This document shows, piece by piece, positions 1 to 9,224 of a stretch of DNA of 64,000 bases. Position 1 is the first letter of the stretch. The number at the start of each line of letters is the position of its first letter. Source of the stretch: an uncultured Coriobacteriaceae bacterium (GTDB lineage: Bacteria > Actinomycetota > Coriobacteriia > Coriobacteriales > UMGS124); assembly GCA_900539345.1 (NCBI GenBank), contig UQBS01000001.1, positions 6,938 through 70,937 on the forward strand, read 5' to 3'. The notes beneath the pieces were generated by a model. It made no database searches, was not told where the DNA came from, and worked only from the letters and a program-made list of their open reading frames with translations. The position numbers and the translations under genes are program-made.

Positions 1-752
1 GCACCGTCGCAGCCGAGCAGGGCAGGCGAGGGAGCCACGGCCGCGAGGTCTTTGGGCGCGTCGGCGCTGGCGCGTGCCTGCGGTGCGGCGCCAGACGTAA
101 GGCGTTCCAACCCCGCTACCTGGGCGTTTGCGCCAGGTGCGGCGGTCGTGCTGGTGAGGTTGCCCTCGCCTGCGAGCGCGTGGCTGCCCCCGCAGGCGGG
201 CTCGCCTGCCGCCCCGGCGCGTTCCGCATTCCACGCGTCCCTCTCGGCCAGCACGCGCTCGACCACCGCGAGGTTCTTGGCATGGAGCTTCTCGGGCATG
301 TACTGGCGGATGGCCTCGCACACGTCCTCGGCGCGCACCTCGTCGCACAGGGCGGCGAGCGCTCCCAGAAAGACGGTGTTGGGGATGGCGCGGCCGAGCA
401 CCTCGGTCGAGATGCCGTCGGCGTCGATTGCCGTGACGCGCGGGTCGTCCCAGGTACGCGCACTGTTCACCAGCACGCGACCACCTGCCTTGAGCTCGTC
501 TTCCCAGCCCGGGGCAAAGAGCGTCTCGTCCAGGTAGACCACAAAGTCCGCCTTGGTGGAGGCGCTGCGGTCGCCGATGGGGCGGTCGTCGAGCTTGGTG
601 AACGCGCGCATGGGGGCACCGCGCCGCTCGGGCCCGAACGACGGGAACGCCAGCGCGTGGCGTCCCGGTGCCATGGAGCACGCCGCGCCCAGCAGGCGGG
701 CCGCCGTGAAGGCGCCCTGGCCTCCGCGGCCATGCCAGAGTATCTCGATCAT
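1..752 (-). CDS. 2-oxoacid:ferredoxin oxidoreductase gamma-subunit family protein (pyruvate/indolepyruvate type), 3' end beyond window
   Basis: Absent from the ORF track because the frame stays open to position 1. ATG at 752-750 is preceded by GAGGGAG. N-terminus MIEILWHGRGGQGAFTAARLLG matches the characteristic start of POR-gamma domains. Sits upstream of paaK, as in aromatic 2-oxoacid clusters. Confidence 0.7.
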   Translation of the reverse strand, partial: MIEILWHGRGGQGAFTAARLLGAACSMAPGRHALAFPSFGPERRGAPMRAFTKLDDRPIGDRSASTKADFVVYLDETLFAPGWEDELKAGGRVLVNSARTWDDPRVTAIDADGISTEVLGRAIPNTVFLGALAALCDEVRAEDVCEAIRQYMPEKLHAKNLAVVERVLAERDAWNAERAGAAGEPACGGSHALAGEGNLTSTTAAPGANAQVAGLERLTSGAAPQARASADAPKDLAAVAPSPALLGCDG

Positions 753-935
753 ATGGCTCCCTCAACCGTATGCGTGTCTACCAAAAGGCGAGGTTGTCGC
801 AGGTGTCCGCGGCAACCTCGCCAGGATTGTCCCATTGTACTGTCGCCAGTGTTTCCGCGCTTTTAAGCAGGGCGGACGCCCACACTACTTCCAGTGCGCC
901 TTGCTGCGGGGGTCACAGGCGTGCAGGGGCGTCGC

Positions 936-1586
936 CTACTTCGCGTAGAGCTCCAGGCTGCGCGCGAGCTTCTCCACAAAGCGCTGTGCGATGGGGCTCA
1001 GCTCCTCGTCGGTGCGGGTGATATAGCCCAGCGACAGCTCGACGTCGCTCTCAAGCGGGATGGTGGTGAGCGAGCCGCCGTCGGTGATGCCCACGAGGAT
1101 GCCGCTCGTGAACGTGTAGCCGTTCATGGCCACGGCAAGCTCCGACAGGGAGGCGCGGTCGGTGAGCGCGATGCTCTTGGCGTGCGGCAAATCGCCCAGG
1201 GCCTCCTCGGCCAGGTAGTCGGGGGCGCCGTCCTCCTGCTCGAAGTAGACGTAAGGCCAATCAGCGAGCTGGTCGGGCGTCAGGCTCGTGGCGTTGGAGA
1301 GCGGGTGGCTCGCGGGCAGCGCCACGCGGGGCTTCGAGGTCGCAAGCTCGTGGAACTCCAGGCCGGCGGCCTCAATCTCGCGGTCGATGTCGGCAGCGGT
1401 GCGCGTGTTGCGCATGAGCACGCCCACCTCGCTGCGGCCCTCCACGACGTCGGCGATGACGCCGCGTGTGGTGCGGTCGCGCAGGGCATAGGAGTACTCC
1501 TCGCCGCCCAGGGCGAGGATGGTGTGAGCGAATGCCTGCACGTCGAACAGGTAGTGCTGGCCGGAGACGGCGAATTTCTGAGCCAT
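936..1586 (-). CDS. LysR-type substrate-binding domain protein without N-terminal HTH
   Basis: The 216 aa follow the periplasmic-binding-like LysR effector domain pattern. No room for an HTH, because the paaK stop is 12 nt upstream. Confidence 0.55.
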   Translation of the reverse strand: MAQKFAVSGQHYLFDVQAFAHTILALGGEEYSYALRDRTTRGVIADVVEGRSEVGVLMRNTRTAADIDREIEAAGLEFHELATSKPRVALPASHPLSNATSLTPDQLADWPYVYFEQEDGAPDYLAEEALGDLPHAKSIALTDRASLSELAVAMNGYTFTSGILVGITDGGSLTTIPLESDVELSLGYITRTDEELSPIAQRFVEKLARSLELYAK

Positions 1587-1598
1587 GGTGGGCCCTCC

Positions 1599-2936
1599 TT
1601 AGTTGTTGCGCTCGTCGATGAAGCGGGACGCCTTGTGCTCGCTGGAGACGTTGAGCTTGCCTTCGTCGAACACGAGCACCTTTGCGGGGCGCACGCCGGT
1701 GTGGGTCTTGAGGGCGTTCTCCACGCGGCGGGCAATCTCCTCGTAGGAGTCCTCGATGCCCGAGGAGCGCTCCACGCTCACCTCGTAGCGGGTGGTGAAG
1801 TTCTCGTTGTACACGCGGATGCGGTACTCGCCGGTGAGGCCGGGTTCGGCGCGCACCACGTACTCGACGTCGGTGGGGAACACGTTGACGGCGCCGACGA
1901 TGAACATCTCGTCCTTGCGGCCCTGGATGTGGATGCGGGCCAGGGTGCGGCCGCAGCTGCAGGTGTCGGTGGAGACGTAGCCGATGTCGCCGGAGCGGAA
2001 GCGGATCATCGGGCGGGCCTTCTTGCACAGCGTGGTGTAGACGAGCTCGCCGCGCGAGCCGGGCTCGAGCACCTCGCCCGTCGCGGGGTCCACGGTCTCA
2101 ACGAGGATCTGGTCCTCGACGATGTGCAGGCCGTCCTTGGCCTCGCACATGGCCGCGCAGGCGCCGTAGATGTCGGACAGGCCGAAGAAGTCGACGAGCT
2201 TGGCGCCCCACAGGTCCTCGATGGCCTTGCGCGTGGTGGCGATGGAGCCGCCGGGCTCACCTGCGACGATGATGGTGTGGATGTTGAAGTCGGTCTTGGG
2301 GTCGAGACCCTTCTCGATGGCCTTGTTGCCCAGCTGCCAGGCGTAGGACGGGCTCGTCCAGATGATGGTGGGCTGGTAGTGCTTGAGCACGAAGAGCAGG
2401 CGGTCGGAGGGCACGGCGCCCACCCAGATGGCCGTGGCGCCCAGGTTCTGCGCACCGATGACGTCGGGTCCGCCCACGTAGAGGGCGAAGTTGAGGCCGT
2501 GGACGTAGCGGTCGGTGGGACGCATGCCGGCCTGCCAGAACAGGCGAGCCTCGGTGTCCTGCCACAGGTCGAAGTCCTCCTGGGTGAACGGGCTCATCGT
2601 GGGTACGCCGGTCGAGCCCGAGCTCGTGGCCATGAACACGACGTCCTCCTCGGGCACGGCGCACAGCCCGCCGAAGAAGGAGCCGACGCCCTGAGTCTCG
2701 CGCTCGGTCTTCTTGTCGATGAAGGGGAACTTCTCGATGTCCTTGAGCGTGTGGATGTCCTCGGGGCTCACGCCGGCCTCGTCCCAGGCCTGCTTGTAGT
2801 AGGGGGCGTTGTCGTAGGACCAGCGCACCATCTCCTTCAGGCGCTCAAGTTGGAGCTGCTCGAGCTCGGGGCGAGGCATGCACTCGATTTCGGGGTCGTA
2901 GTACTTCTGGTCGTAGGGCAGCTTTTTCTTTGCCAT
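1599..2936 (-). CDS. paaK: phenylacetate-CoA ligase (PaaK / coenzyme F390 synthetase family adenylating enzyme)
   Basis: 445 aa. N-terminal YYDPEIECMPRPELEQLQLERLK and internal TSGSTG / SSGSTGVPT adenylation motif are typical of PaaK. Confidence 0.85.
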   Translation of the reverse strand: MAKKKLPYDQKYYDPEIECMPRPELEQLQLERLKEMVRWSYDNAPYYKQAWDEAGVSPEDIHTLKDIEKFPFIDKKTERETQGVGSFFGGLCAVPEEDVVFMATSSGSTGVPTMSPFTQEDFDLWQDTEARLFWQAGMRPTDRYVHGLNFALYVGGPDVIGAQNLGATAIWVGAVPSDRLLFVLKHYQPTIIWTSPSYAWQLGNKAIEKGLDPKTDFNIHTIIVAGEPGGSIATTRKAIEDLWGAKLVDFFGLSDIYGACAAMCEAKDGLHIVEDQILVETVDPATGEVLEPGSRGELVYTTLCKKARPMIRFRSGDIGYVSTDTCSCGRTLARIHIQGRKDEMFIVGAVNVFPTDVEYVVRAEPGLTGEYRIRVYNENFTTRYEVSVERSSGIEDSYEEIARRVENALKTHTGVRPAKVLVFDEGKLNVSSEHKASRFIDERNN

Positions 2937-3098
2937 TGCGGTCTCGCTTTCGTGTGTCTCGAAGCCCGCATGTGGGGGCTTGCGGGGGTTGTCCTCAAGG
3001 TGGTTACGCAGTCTAGCGCCTCGCGGGCAACCCGAAAGCTACGCATTATTGCAAACTGGCTATTGAAAAAATTGATATATGTATGATTACCGGGTGTT

Positions 3099-3950
3099 TT
3101 ATTCGTTCATGGAGCCGGTTCGATAACCATCCATGTCGATTGAGACGTGCTTGAATCCCAGTTCGTGGAGGGCTTGTGTGCCGCCGTTGCGCAAAAAGTC
3201 GAACATCGCGGCGATGCGCTCGGGCTCCACCTCCACGCGGGCCATCTCACCCTTGTCGTGCATGCGCACGCGCACCTGGCGAAAGCCTGCGTCGATGAGG
3301 AGCTGCTCGGCTTTGTCCACGCGCTCCAGCATCGGGTTGGAGATGAGCTCGCCGTAGACGAAGCGGCTGGCCAGGCAGGCAAACGAGGGCTTGTCCCAGG
3401 TGGGCAGGCCCAGCTCGCGCGACAGGTCGCGGATGTCCTGCTTGGTGAGGCCTGCCTCGAGCAGCGGGCTCAGCACGCCGGCTTCCTTCACAGCTGCAGA
3501 TCCGGGGCGATAGTCGGAGAGGTCGGAGACGTTGGAGCCCTCCGCGCAGGCGATGTGGGCGCCTGCCTCGATGAGTCCCATCTGTGCGGCTTTGGTATCA
3601 GCCGTTTCCTTGAGGTGCGCGAACAGGTCGCGCTTGCACAGGTAGCAGCGGTTTTTGGGGTTGTGGCTGAAGCCCTCGACCCCCTCGGCGTCGTGGGCGA
3701 TGAGCACTTGCTCGATGCCGCGGGCCTGGCAGAAGGCGATTGCCTCGTCGGTCTCGCGCTGTGGGTAGAGCGCGTTGGTCTCGGTGACGGCGATGACGCG
3801 GCCGCCGAGCTGCTCGTGGGCCACGGCCAGAAGCAGCGTCGAGTCCACGCCACCCGAGAAGCTCACCGCAATGGCGCCCAGACTTTTGAGATGGGCCCTC
3901 AAAGCCTCAAGCTTGGCGTGCTGTTCGTTCGTTGCGATGAAATCTACCAT
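3099..3950 (-). CDS. larE: ATP-dependent sacrificial sulfur transferase LarE-type PP-loop ATPase
   Basis: SFSGGVDS PP-loop and a CYLCK motif. Start trimmed to the ATG at 3950, preceded by AGGAGA (the track ORF starts at 4028). Confidence 0.8.
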   Translation of the reverse strand: MVDFIATNEQHAKLEALRAHLKSLGAIAVSFSGGVDSTLLLAVAHEQLGGRVIAVTETNALYPQRETDEAIAFCQARGIEQVLIAHDAEGVEGFSHNPKNRCYLCKRDLFAHLKETADTKAAQMGLIEAGAHIACAEGSNVSDLSDYRPGSAAVKEAGVLSPLLEAGLTKQDIRDLSRELGLPTWDKPSFACLASRFVYGELISNPMLERVDKAEQLLIDAGFRQVRVRMHDKGEMARVEVEPERIAAMFDFLRNGGTQALHELGFKHVSIDMDGYRTGSMNE

Positions 3951-4123
3951 GGCTTCTCCTTTTGCAGCCGCATATGGTGTGCGCTGTTCTGCATTTTTGC
4001 GCAAAAAGGGTAGCGTATTTATGCGCATGCTTCCTGCAGTGACAAAACTCGTCCAGAATTTGCAATAATTTAGCGATTTGCGTTTGGTTTTTTCAGCACT
4101 TTCCTTTTAGGAGCGAACCGCCT

Positions 4124-4423
4124 ATGGCACTCACCGCTAAGCAGCGCAAGCACCTGCGCAGCATGGTACACAACATGGAGCCTGTGCTCATCGTGGGCAA
4201 GTCCAACATCAACGAGGGCCTCATCGCCCAGGCAAACGAGGCCCTCGAGGCCCGCGAGCTCATCAAGTGCTCGGTCCTGGACGCCTCGGAGCTCACGGCC
4301 CGCGAGGCTTGCGACGAGCTGTGCGCCCGCACCGGCGCCGAGCCCGTGCAGGTCATCGGCCACAAGTTCTCGGTCTACCGTCCCACGCACCGCAAGGACG
4401 TCAAGAAGATCGAGCTGGACTAA
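4124..4423 (+). CDS. yhbY: ribosome assembly RNA-binding protein YhbY (CRM domain)
   Basis: 99 aa. LTAKQRKHLRS...PVLIVGK...ELIKC pattern typical of YhbY. Confidence 0.85.
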   Translation: MALTAKQRKHLRSMVHNMEPVLIVGKSNINEGLIAQANEALEARELIKCSVLDASELTAREACDELCARTGAEPVQVIGHKFSVYRPTHRKDVKKIELD

Positions 4424-4543
4424 CACAGCAACGGGCGCGGCATGCCCCGTGGCACACGCGCCGTCCTTGGCCATATGGGCAGGGGCGGCGCGTTGCCGTT
4501 TATGGGCTACATCATCGAGCAGGGCATATCAGGAGGAGCACAC

Positions 4544-5887
4544 ATGAAAGAAGAGCGCGCAGCGTACATCCAGGCCATCCGCGACCTCGACGGCGACCTG
4601 CCGGGCCGTCGCGCCGCGCTCGATTTCGTGGAGCAGTCCGACATCTGGGTGCACGGGGCTCCCGCTCGCTTCCCCTACGTGCCCTATCTCTTCAACGCCG
4701 CCGACGTGGCCTTCTTGCAGGACACCTGCACGCAGATTCACACCATCCTCTCCAAGGTCATCGCGCGCTATGTGGACGAACCCTCCTATCGCGACCTCTT
4801 CTGCTTCCCCGAGGAAGTGAAGCGCCTCATCCTTTTGCCCTGCGGCTACGACGAGAAGCTGCCCATGGGCCGCTTTGACCTGTTCCTCAACGAGGACGAC
4901 CTGTCGTACAAGTTCTGCGAGTTCAACACCGACGGGTCGGGCGCCATGTCGCGCGACCTGGTGTTGGCCAGCGCCCTTGAGCAGACCCCGGCTTTCGCCC
5001 GCTTCGCGCAGGGCAGGCGTGTGGAGAAGTTCGAGCTCTTCGACAGCTGGGTCGAAGCGTTCATGCAGGTGTACCGCTCCGACCGCTTTGCCAGCGCCCC
5101 TGTGCCCAACGTCTGCGTGACCGACTTTGCCGAGTCGGGCGTGTTCAGTGACTTCAACCGCTTCATCGCCGCCTTCGAGCGCGCGGGCATCCCCGCCCGC
5201 TTCGTGGACGTGCGCAGCTTCGAGTTCGACGGCGAGAGGCTCATCGACCCTGCCGACGGCACTCAGATCCACGCGATCTACCGCCGCGCCGTCACGAGCG
5301 AGATTCTGCAGCACCCCGGCGAGTGCGATGCGCTCATCGACGCCGTCGCCGCAGGTAAAGTCTGCCTTATCGGTCACTTCCGCACCACCGTCGTGCACTC
5401 CAAGATGGTCAACGTCGCGCTGTTCGACGAGCGCACCCGCGCTTTCCTCACGCCCGAGGAGTGCGCCTTCATCGACCGCACGGTGCCGCGCACCTATCGC
5501 TTGCGTTGCGATAACGCCACGCTCGACCTTGACGACGTGCTCCAGCACAAGGACGCCTGGATCGTGAAGCCCGAGGACGATTATGGCGCGCACGGCGTCT
5601 ATCCTGGCGTCGACTTCGACCAGGAGAGCTGGGAGCGCACCGTGCGCGACAACCTCGACTGCGGATACATCGCCCAGGAGTTCTACCAGCCCGCGCGCGT
5701 CGACGTCGTGCTGCCCGAGCACGCCGAGGGGCAGGACCCCTGCCTCGTGGAGAGCTGGCAGTCGATGCCGGGCTTCTATCAGTACAACGGGCATGTGGCG
5801 GGTCTGTATTGCCGCCTGGGCCAGGAGGGCGTCATCGCGCTCGACCACGGCGGCCTGTGCTCGTGCAGCTTCAAGGTGGACTGCTAG
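4544..5887 (+). CDS. glutathionylspermidine synthase-like ATP-grasp family protein
   Basis: RFDLFLNEDD...KFCEFNTDGS and WIVKPEDDYG segments fit the GSP-synthase pre-ATP-grasp family. Start set at ATG 4544 after AGGAGGAG. Confidence 0.65.
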   Translation: MKEERAAYIQAIRDLDGDLPGRRAALDFVEQSDIWVHGAPARFPYVPYLFNAADVAFLQDTCTQIHTILSKVIARYVDEPSYRDLFCFPEEVKRLILLPCGYDEKLPMGRFDLFLNEDDLSYKFCEFNTDGSGAMSRDLVLASALEQTPAFARFAQGRRVEKFELFDSWVEAFMQVYRSDRFASAPVPNVCVTDFAESGVFSDFNRFIAAFERAGIPARFVDVRSFEFDGERLIDPADGTQIHAIYRRAVTSEILQHPGECDALIDAVAAGKVCLIGHFRTTVVHSKMVNVALFDERTRAFLTPEECAFIDRTVPRTYRLRCDNATLDLDDVLQHKDAWIVKPEDDYGAHGVYPGVDFDQESWERTVRDNLDCGYIAQEFYQPARVDVVLPEHAEGQDPCLVESWQSMPGFYQYNGHVAGLYCRLGQEGVIALDHGGLCSCSFKVDC

Positions 5888-7777
5888 GTGGCCAAGAAGA
5901 AAGGCAAGACCTTCGGCGACCGCCTGGCCCGCCAGCTCAAGGTGAGCATGGGGGCCTGGTGGAGCGACGAAGGCATCCAGGCAATCAATGAGATAGCGCG
6001 TCAAGGAGAGGTTGAGGTGGCCGATGCCACCTTCGGCAGCCTCGTGCTGCAGCCGTGCCTCACCTTCCAGCACGAGATGGCCGTGCGCGACTTCGACGAG
6101 CAGGGCAAGGAGTTCGACGACCTGTCGCCCTTCGTCTATCCCGAGCTCATGCGCACCTGGGAGCACAACAGTGCCTGCGTGGAGTTCTCCGAAGGCGCCA
6201 CGGCGGTCGCATTCGATTCCGAGCCTGGGTTCGTCCAATCGGTGTCGCTGGCGGGTTTGTTCGACTTCTTCCCGGGCTGCGTGGCGCTCGACGTGCGCAA
6301 GCTCAATGTCATGCTCTACAACATCGTGGTGGACGAGGTGTTCGTCTACCCCTCCTACAACGCCGTGAACGGCCATGTCGCGCTCATGTTCGTGGGCGTG
6401 AACCAAAACCTTGGCTTTACGTTTGCCTACGAGGCGCGCCTGGTGCTGCAGGGCGAGACGTTCGGCGACGCTGCCCGCGCAACGAACCGCGTGTTGGAGG
6501 AGGAGCGTTCGGCATGCCTGGGTGGTTTCTCCACTGCGCCCTCCGAGGAGTTCTTCTCGGCGCTCGACTCCGAGCCCGAGCTGTTCGCCGTGACCTGGCG
6601 TCTTCTGGCCGCCCTGTGCTCGGAGCGTGTGGAGCTCGTGCGTCAGAGCTGGGGTCGCGGCGAGACGGTCAAGGTCCGCGCCCGCAAGCCCGAGAGCCAG
6701 CAGGTGGTTGAGGGCGTGCATGTGGGGGAGGGGCATGGCGGCCAGGCTGCTGCAGCCGGTGAGCAGGCGCAGGCGAGCCCTGCGTCGCAGGTGGACGCTT
6801 CGCAGGCGATGTCTGCCGGGGAGGCTGCAACCCAGGGGAAAACCGTGGACGGCGGCGTGGCCGCTGGACGGGTTGACCTGCATGCAGAAGGCCCTGGTGC
6901 TGGGGCTGACGGGCAAGTTGCTGCGGCTGGTGGCGTTGCATCCCAGGGGCAGGCCGCCTCGCGTGCGCAGGGTTCTGATGACCAGGGGCGGGTCGCCACG
7001 CCTGCGGATGACGGTGTTGCCGAGGGGCGGGCCGCCGCGCATGAAGGGGACGCTGCGGTCGAGTGCGGTGGTATCTCTGGCGAGTCTGTTGCACACGGCG
7101 AGGCCGCAGAGACCGCTGCTACATCTGCGGACGTCGAGCGCGCAGAGGAGGCCCGGCTTGAGCGCGACCTGCTCCAGGAAGAGGTCGACCGCCTGCGTGC
7201 CGAACTCGAGTCGCAGAAGTCTGCCGCCGCGTTTCGCACGCGCCAGCTCGAGGACGAGGCGCGTGAGCTGCGTGAACGCGCCCAAGGTCTTGAGAGCCGC
7301 GCCCGCCTTGTGGAGACCATGGACCTGCCCGAGACGCCCTATGAGGCGCTCTCATTGGCTGCCCAGGCTTTCTCCGATCGCATCGTCGTGCTTGACCGCG
7401 CGCGCAAAAGCGCCGAGGACTTCGTGAAGGGCGACCCCGGCGAGGTCTGGGCGGTGCTGCGCTCGGTGGCCGTGACGCTTCACAGCCTGCTTTTCGTCGA
7501 GCGCGAGCGCGGTTTGGCCAACGCCTTCCGCGACCGTACGGGCTACGAGCTGGCCCTGCGCGACTCGAAGGGTGCCAACCGCAACCCCGACCAGAAGGCC
7601 GAGCGCATGGTGGAGTACGAGGGCGCCGTGCGCGACGCCACGATGCACATCAAGGGCCGCGGCCTGCGCAAGGGCGAGAGCCTGCGCGTGCACTTCTTCG
7701 TCGACTACGACAAGAAGAAGATCGTCATCGCCCACTGCGGCGAACACCTCACCACCGACCGCACCTCAAGCATGTAG
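5888..7777 (+). CDS. hypothetical 629-aa protein: globular N-domain, Ala/Gly/Gln-rich linker, coiled coil, conserved-looking C-domain
   Basis: GTG start directly follows the TAG of the upstream gene. Coding-like composition outside the low-complexity centre. No family recognised. Confidence 0.6.
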   Translation: MAKKKGKTFGDRLARQLKVSMGAWWSDEGIQAINEIARQGEVEVADATFGSLVLQPCLTFQHEMAVRDFDEQGKEFDDLSPFVYPELMRTWEHNSACVEFSEGATAVAFDSEPGFVQSVSLAGLFDFFPGCVALDVRKLNVMLYNIVVDEVFVYPSYNAVNGHVALMFVGVNQNLGFTFAYEARLVLQGETFGDAARATNRVLEEERSACLGGFSTAPSEEFFSALDSEPELFAVTWRLLAALCSERVELVRQSWGRGETVKVRARKPESQQVVEGVHVGEGHGGQAAAAGEQAQASPASQVDASQAMSAGEAATQGKTVDGGVAAGRVDLHAEGPGAGADGQVAAAGGVASQGQAASRAQGSDDQGRVATPADDGVAEGRAAAHEGDAAVECGGISGESVAHGEAAETAATSADVERAEEARLERDLLQEEVDRLRAELESQKSAAAFRTRQLEDEARELRERAQGLESRARLVETMDLPETPYEALSLAAQAFSDRIVVLDRARKSAEDFVKGDPGEVWAVLRSVAVTLHSLLFVERERGLANAFRDRTGYELALRDSKGANRNPDQKAERMVEYEGAVRDATMHIKGRGLRKGESLRVHFFVDYDKKKIVIAHCGEHLTTDRTSSM

Positions 7778-7869
7778 TGGCGGACATTAAAATGTGTGAC
7801 ATTTCTCCTATATAGATGTATTATCCTGTCTTAATATGAACATGTTCTCCTATTAAGGCGGATACAACG

Positions 7870-8217
7870 ATGCAACTTCAACTCAAGATGTATCGCAAAC
7901 AGGCAAAGATGTCGCAAGCTGAACTGGCGGCGATGCTTGGCGTAAGCGCCCGCACGGTTGGTGCGTGGGAACGCGGCGAGAACCAGCCTGATGCCGATCA
8001 GATATGGCGATGTGCAGAAGCGCTCGGATTGTCGCCCAACGAAATATATGGTTGGGTCTCTCCGGATGATTCCCGGGCAACTCCTGCCGAGCAAGACAGC
8101 AACGACTCAATGGAACGTCAGCTAATCGATGCTTTTCATTCTATGAACGCTGCGGGTAAGGTAAGCCTTGTCGCTGTGGCTCGCTCTCTTGCATCCATCC
8201 CATGCAATCGAGTCTGA
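7870..8217 (+). CDS. XRE-family HTH regulator with C-terminal extension
   Basis: MSQAELAAMLGVSARTVGAWERGEN HTH. The C-terminal LIDAFHSMNAAGKVSLVAVARSL resembles the tail of the 38004-38402 protein. Confidence 0.75.
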   Translation: MQLQLKMYRKQAKMSQAELAAMLGVSARTVGAWERGENQPDADQIWRCAEALGLSPNEIYGWVSPDDSRATPAEQDSNDSMERQLIDAFHSMNAAGKVSLVAVARSLASIPCNRV

Positions 8218-8343
8218 TGCCTTTTGTTTTCTGCAGAGTGATTTGGGCAGCAATCTAATCAGGAAAGTAATCTAAATCGAGTTTAGTTTTGTATTGAAAA
8301 TAAATATAAATCAGCTTTATAATTACTTTTGAAGGGTTGCTTT

Positions 8344-8517
8344 ATGGTCAAGCGCAAGGAGGTTACGGACCTGTTGAGAAGGGCGGGCTTTACGCCTTGC
8401 GGTGGAACAAATCACGAGCATTGGACTAATGGTGAAAGGTGGACGCAGGTCCCCCGGCATGGTGAGATCCCGAACATCCTCTTCGAGAAAATCAAGAAGC
8501 AGGCTGGTCTCAAATAG
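8344..8517 (+). CDS. hicA: type II toxin HicA (mRNA interferase)
   Basis: 57 aa. KEVTDLLRRAGF...GTNHEHW...VPRHGEIP matches the HicA/YcfA pattern. GAAGGG RBS. Confidence 0.8.
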   Translation: MVKRKEVTDLLRRAGFTPCGGTNHEHWTNGERWTQVPRHGEIPNILFEKIKKQAGLK

Positions 8518-8538
8518 GGTATCGCGGAGGTGCTGTAC

Positions 8539-8994
8539 ATGTTTGCGGTGTATGAGTTCGAGTTTTTTGAAGACGAGGGATGGGTGCTTGCTTTTCCCTT
8601 TGGGCTTGAAGGTGGTACCCAGGGAAGAGACATGGCGCAGGCAGTTCGCATGGCGGCAGATTGGCTTAAAGGTGAAGTAGAACACAGCCTGATGAATGGC
8701 ACGCCGCTGCCTTCCCCGACGTTTGGCAATACTGCGGAACATGGCGGCATAATCGGTGTCGTGGGCGTTGAAACCTCGTTGGAGGCCATTGACACGGTGC
8801 TTGCGAGTGAGGCCGCCGAGATGCTCGGCGTTTCTCGCGGTCGCGTGTCGCAGATGCTTGCCGCGGGGCAGCTCGAGGGATTCCGCAGGGGGCGTGCTAC
8901 GTTTGTCACGAGAGAGTCGGTGAAGACCCGGCTTGCAGAGGCGCCAAAAGCGGGAAGGCCTCATCGGGAGGCGAGGGAGCTCGTCGTGGCGTAA
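8539..8994 (+). CDS. hicB: HicB-family antitoxin fused to a C-terminal excisionase/MerR-like HTH
   Basis: N-terminal YEFEFFEDEGWVLAFPF HicB fold signature. C-terminal AAEMLGVSRGRVSQMLAAGQLEGFRRGRATFVTRESV HTH. Follows hicA by 21 nt. Confidence 0.75.
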   Translation: MFAVYEFEFFEDEGWVLAFPFGLEGGTQGRDMAQAVRMAADWLKGEVEHSLMNGTPLPSPTFGNTAEHGGIIGVVGVETSLEAIDTVLASEAAEMLGVSRGRVSQMLAAGQLEGFRRGRATFVTRESVKTRLAEAPKAGRPHREARELVVA

Positions 8995-9047
8995 GGTTCC
9001 GGATCGAGATCGAGCCTTGCGCTCGCGTGGTCTTGGGCAGAAACGAA

Positions 9048-9082
9048 AAGAACCCGTTAGGCGCACTGCCTAACGGGTTCTT
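9048..9082. terminator. 15-bp perfect hairpin (AAGAACCCGTTAGGC / GCCTAACGGGTTCTT); T-rich tail on the minus strand
   Basis: Read directly. Downstream of hicB on + and followed by TTTTCGTTTCT on the minus strand. Confidence 0.6.
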
Positions 9083-9224
9083 ACAAGATTTCAATGGCTC
9101 CCCATCGGAGGGGATACGCGAATCAAATACGCAGCTTATGACGGTAGTTTATACATACTTATCGACAAGGCGGCGTAAATTACATGCTGCAAGTGAGTAC
9201 ACCATGCTGTTCCTGGAAGCGACT

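Noticed and set aside
894-3086. Very long ORFs on the strand opposite to, or out of frame with, recognisable genes. Examples: 894-3086 +, 4529-7285 -, 17205-20456 +, 39757-40986 -, 41196-42734 -, 44568-46520 -, 48696-50141 -, 50931-52892 -, 53012-54496 -.
   Set aside because: Their translations are Arg/Ala/Gly/Pro-rich low-complexity strings typical of shadow frames in GC-rich DNA. Each overlaps a gene with clear family motifs on the other strand or frame.
7778-7870. A duplicated tRNA-Asn 3' segment or long direct repeat marking attL.
   Set aside because: No copy of the 42817-42938 sequence or other long repeat could be seen by eye near the left end. This is expected for a serine recombinase, so the left boundary remains approximate.
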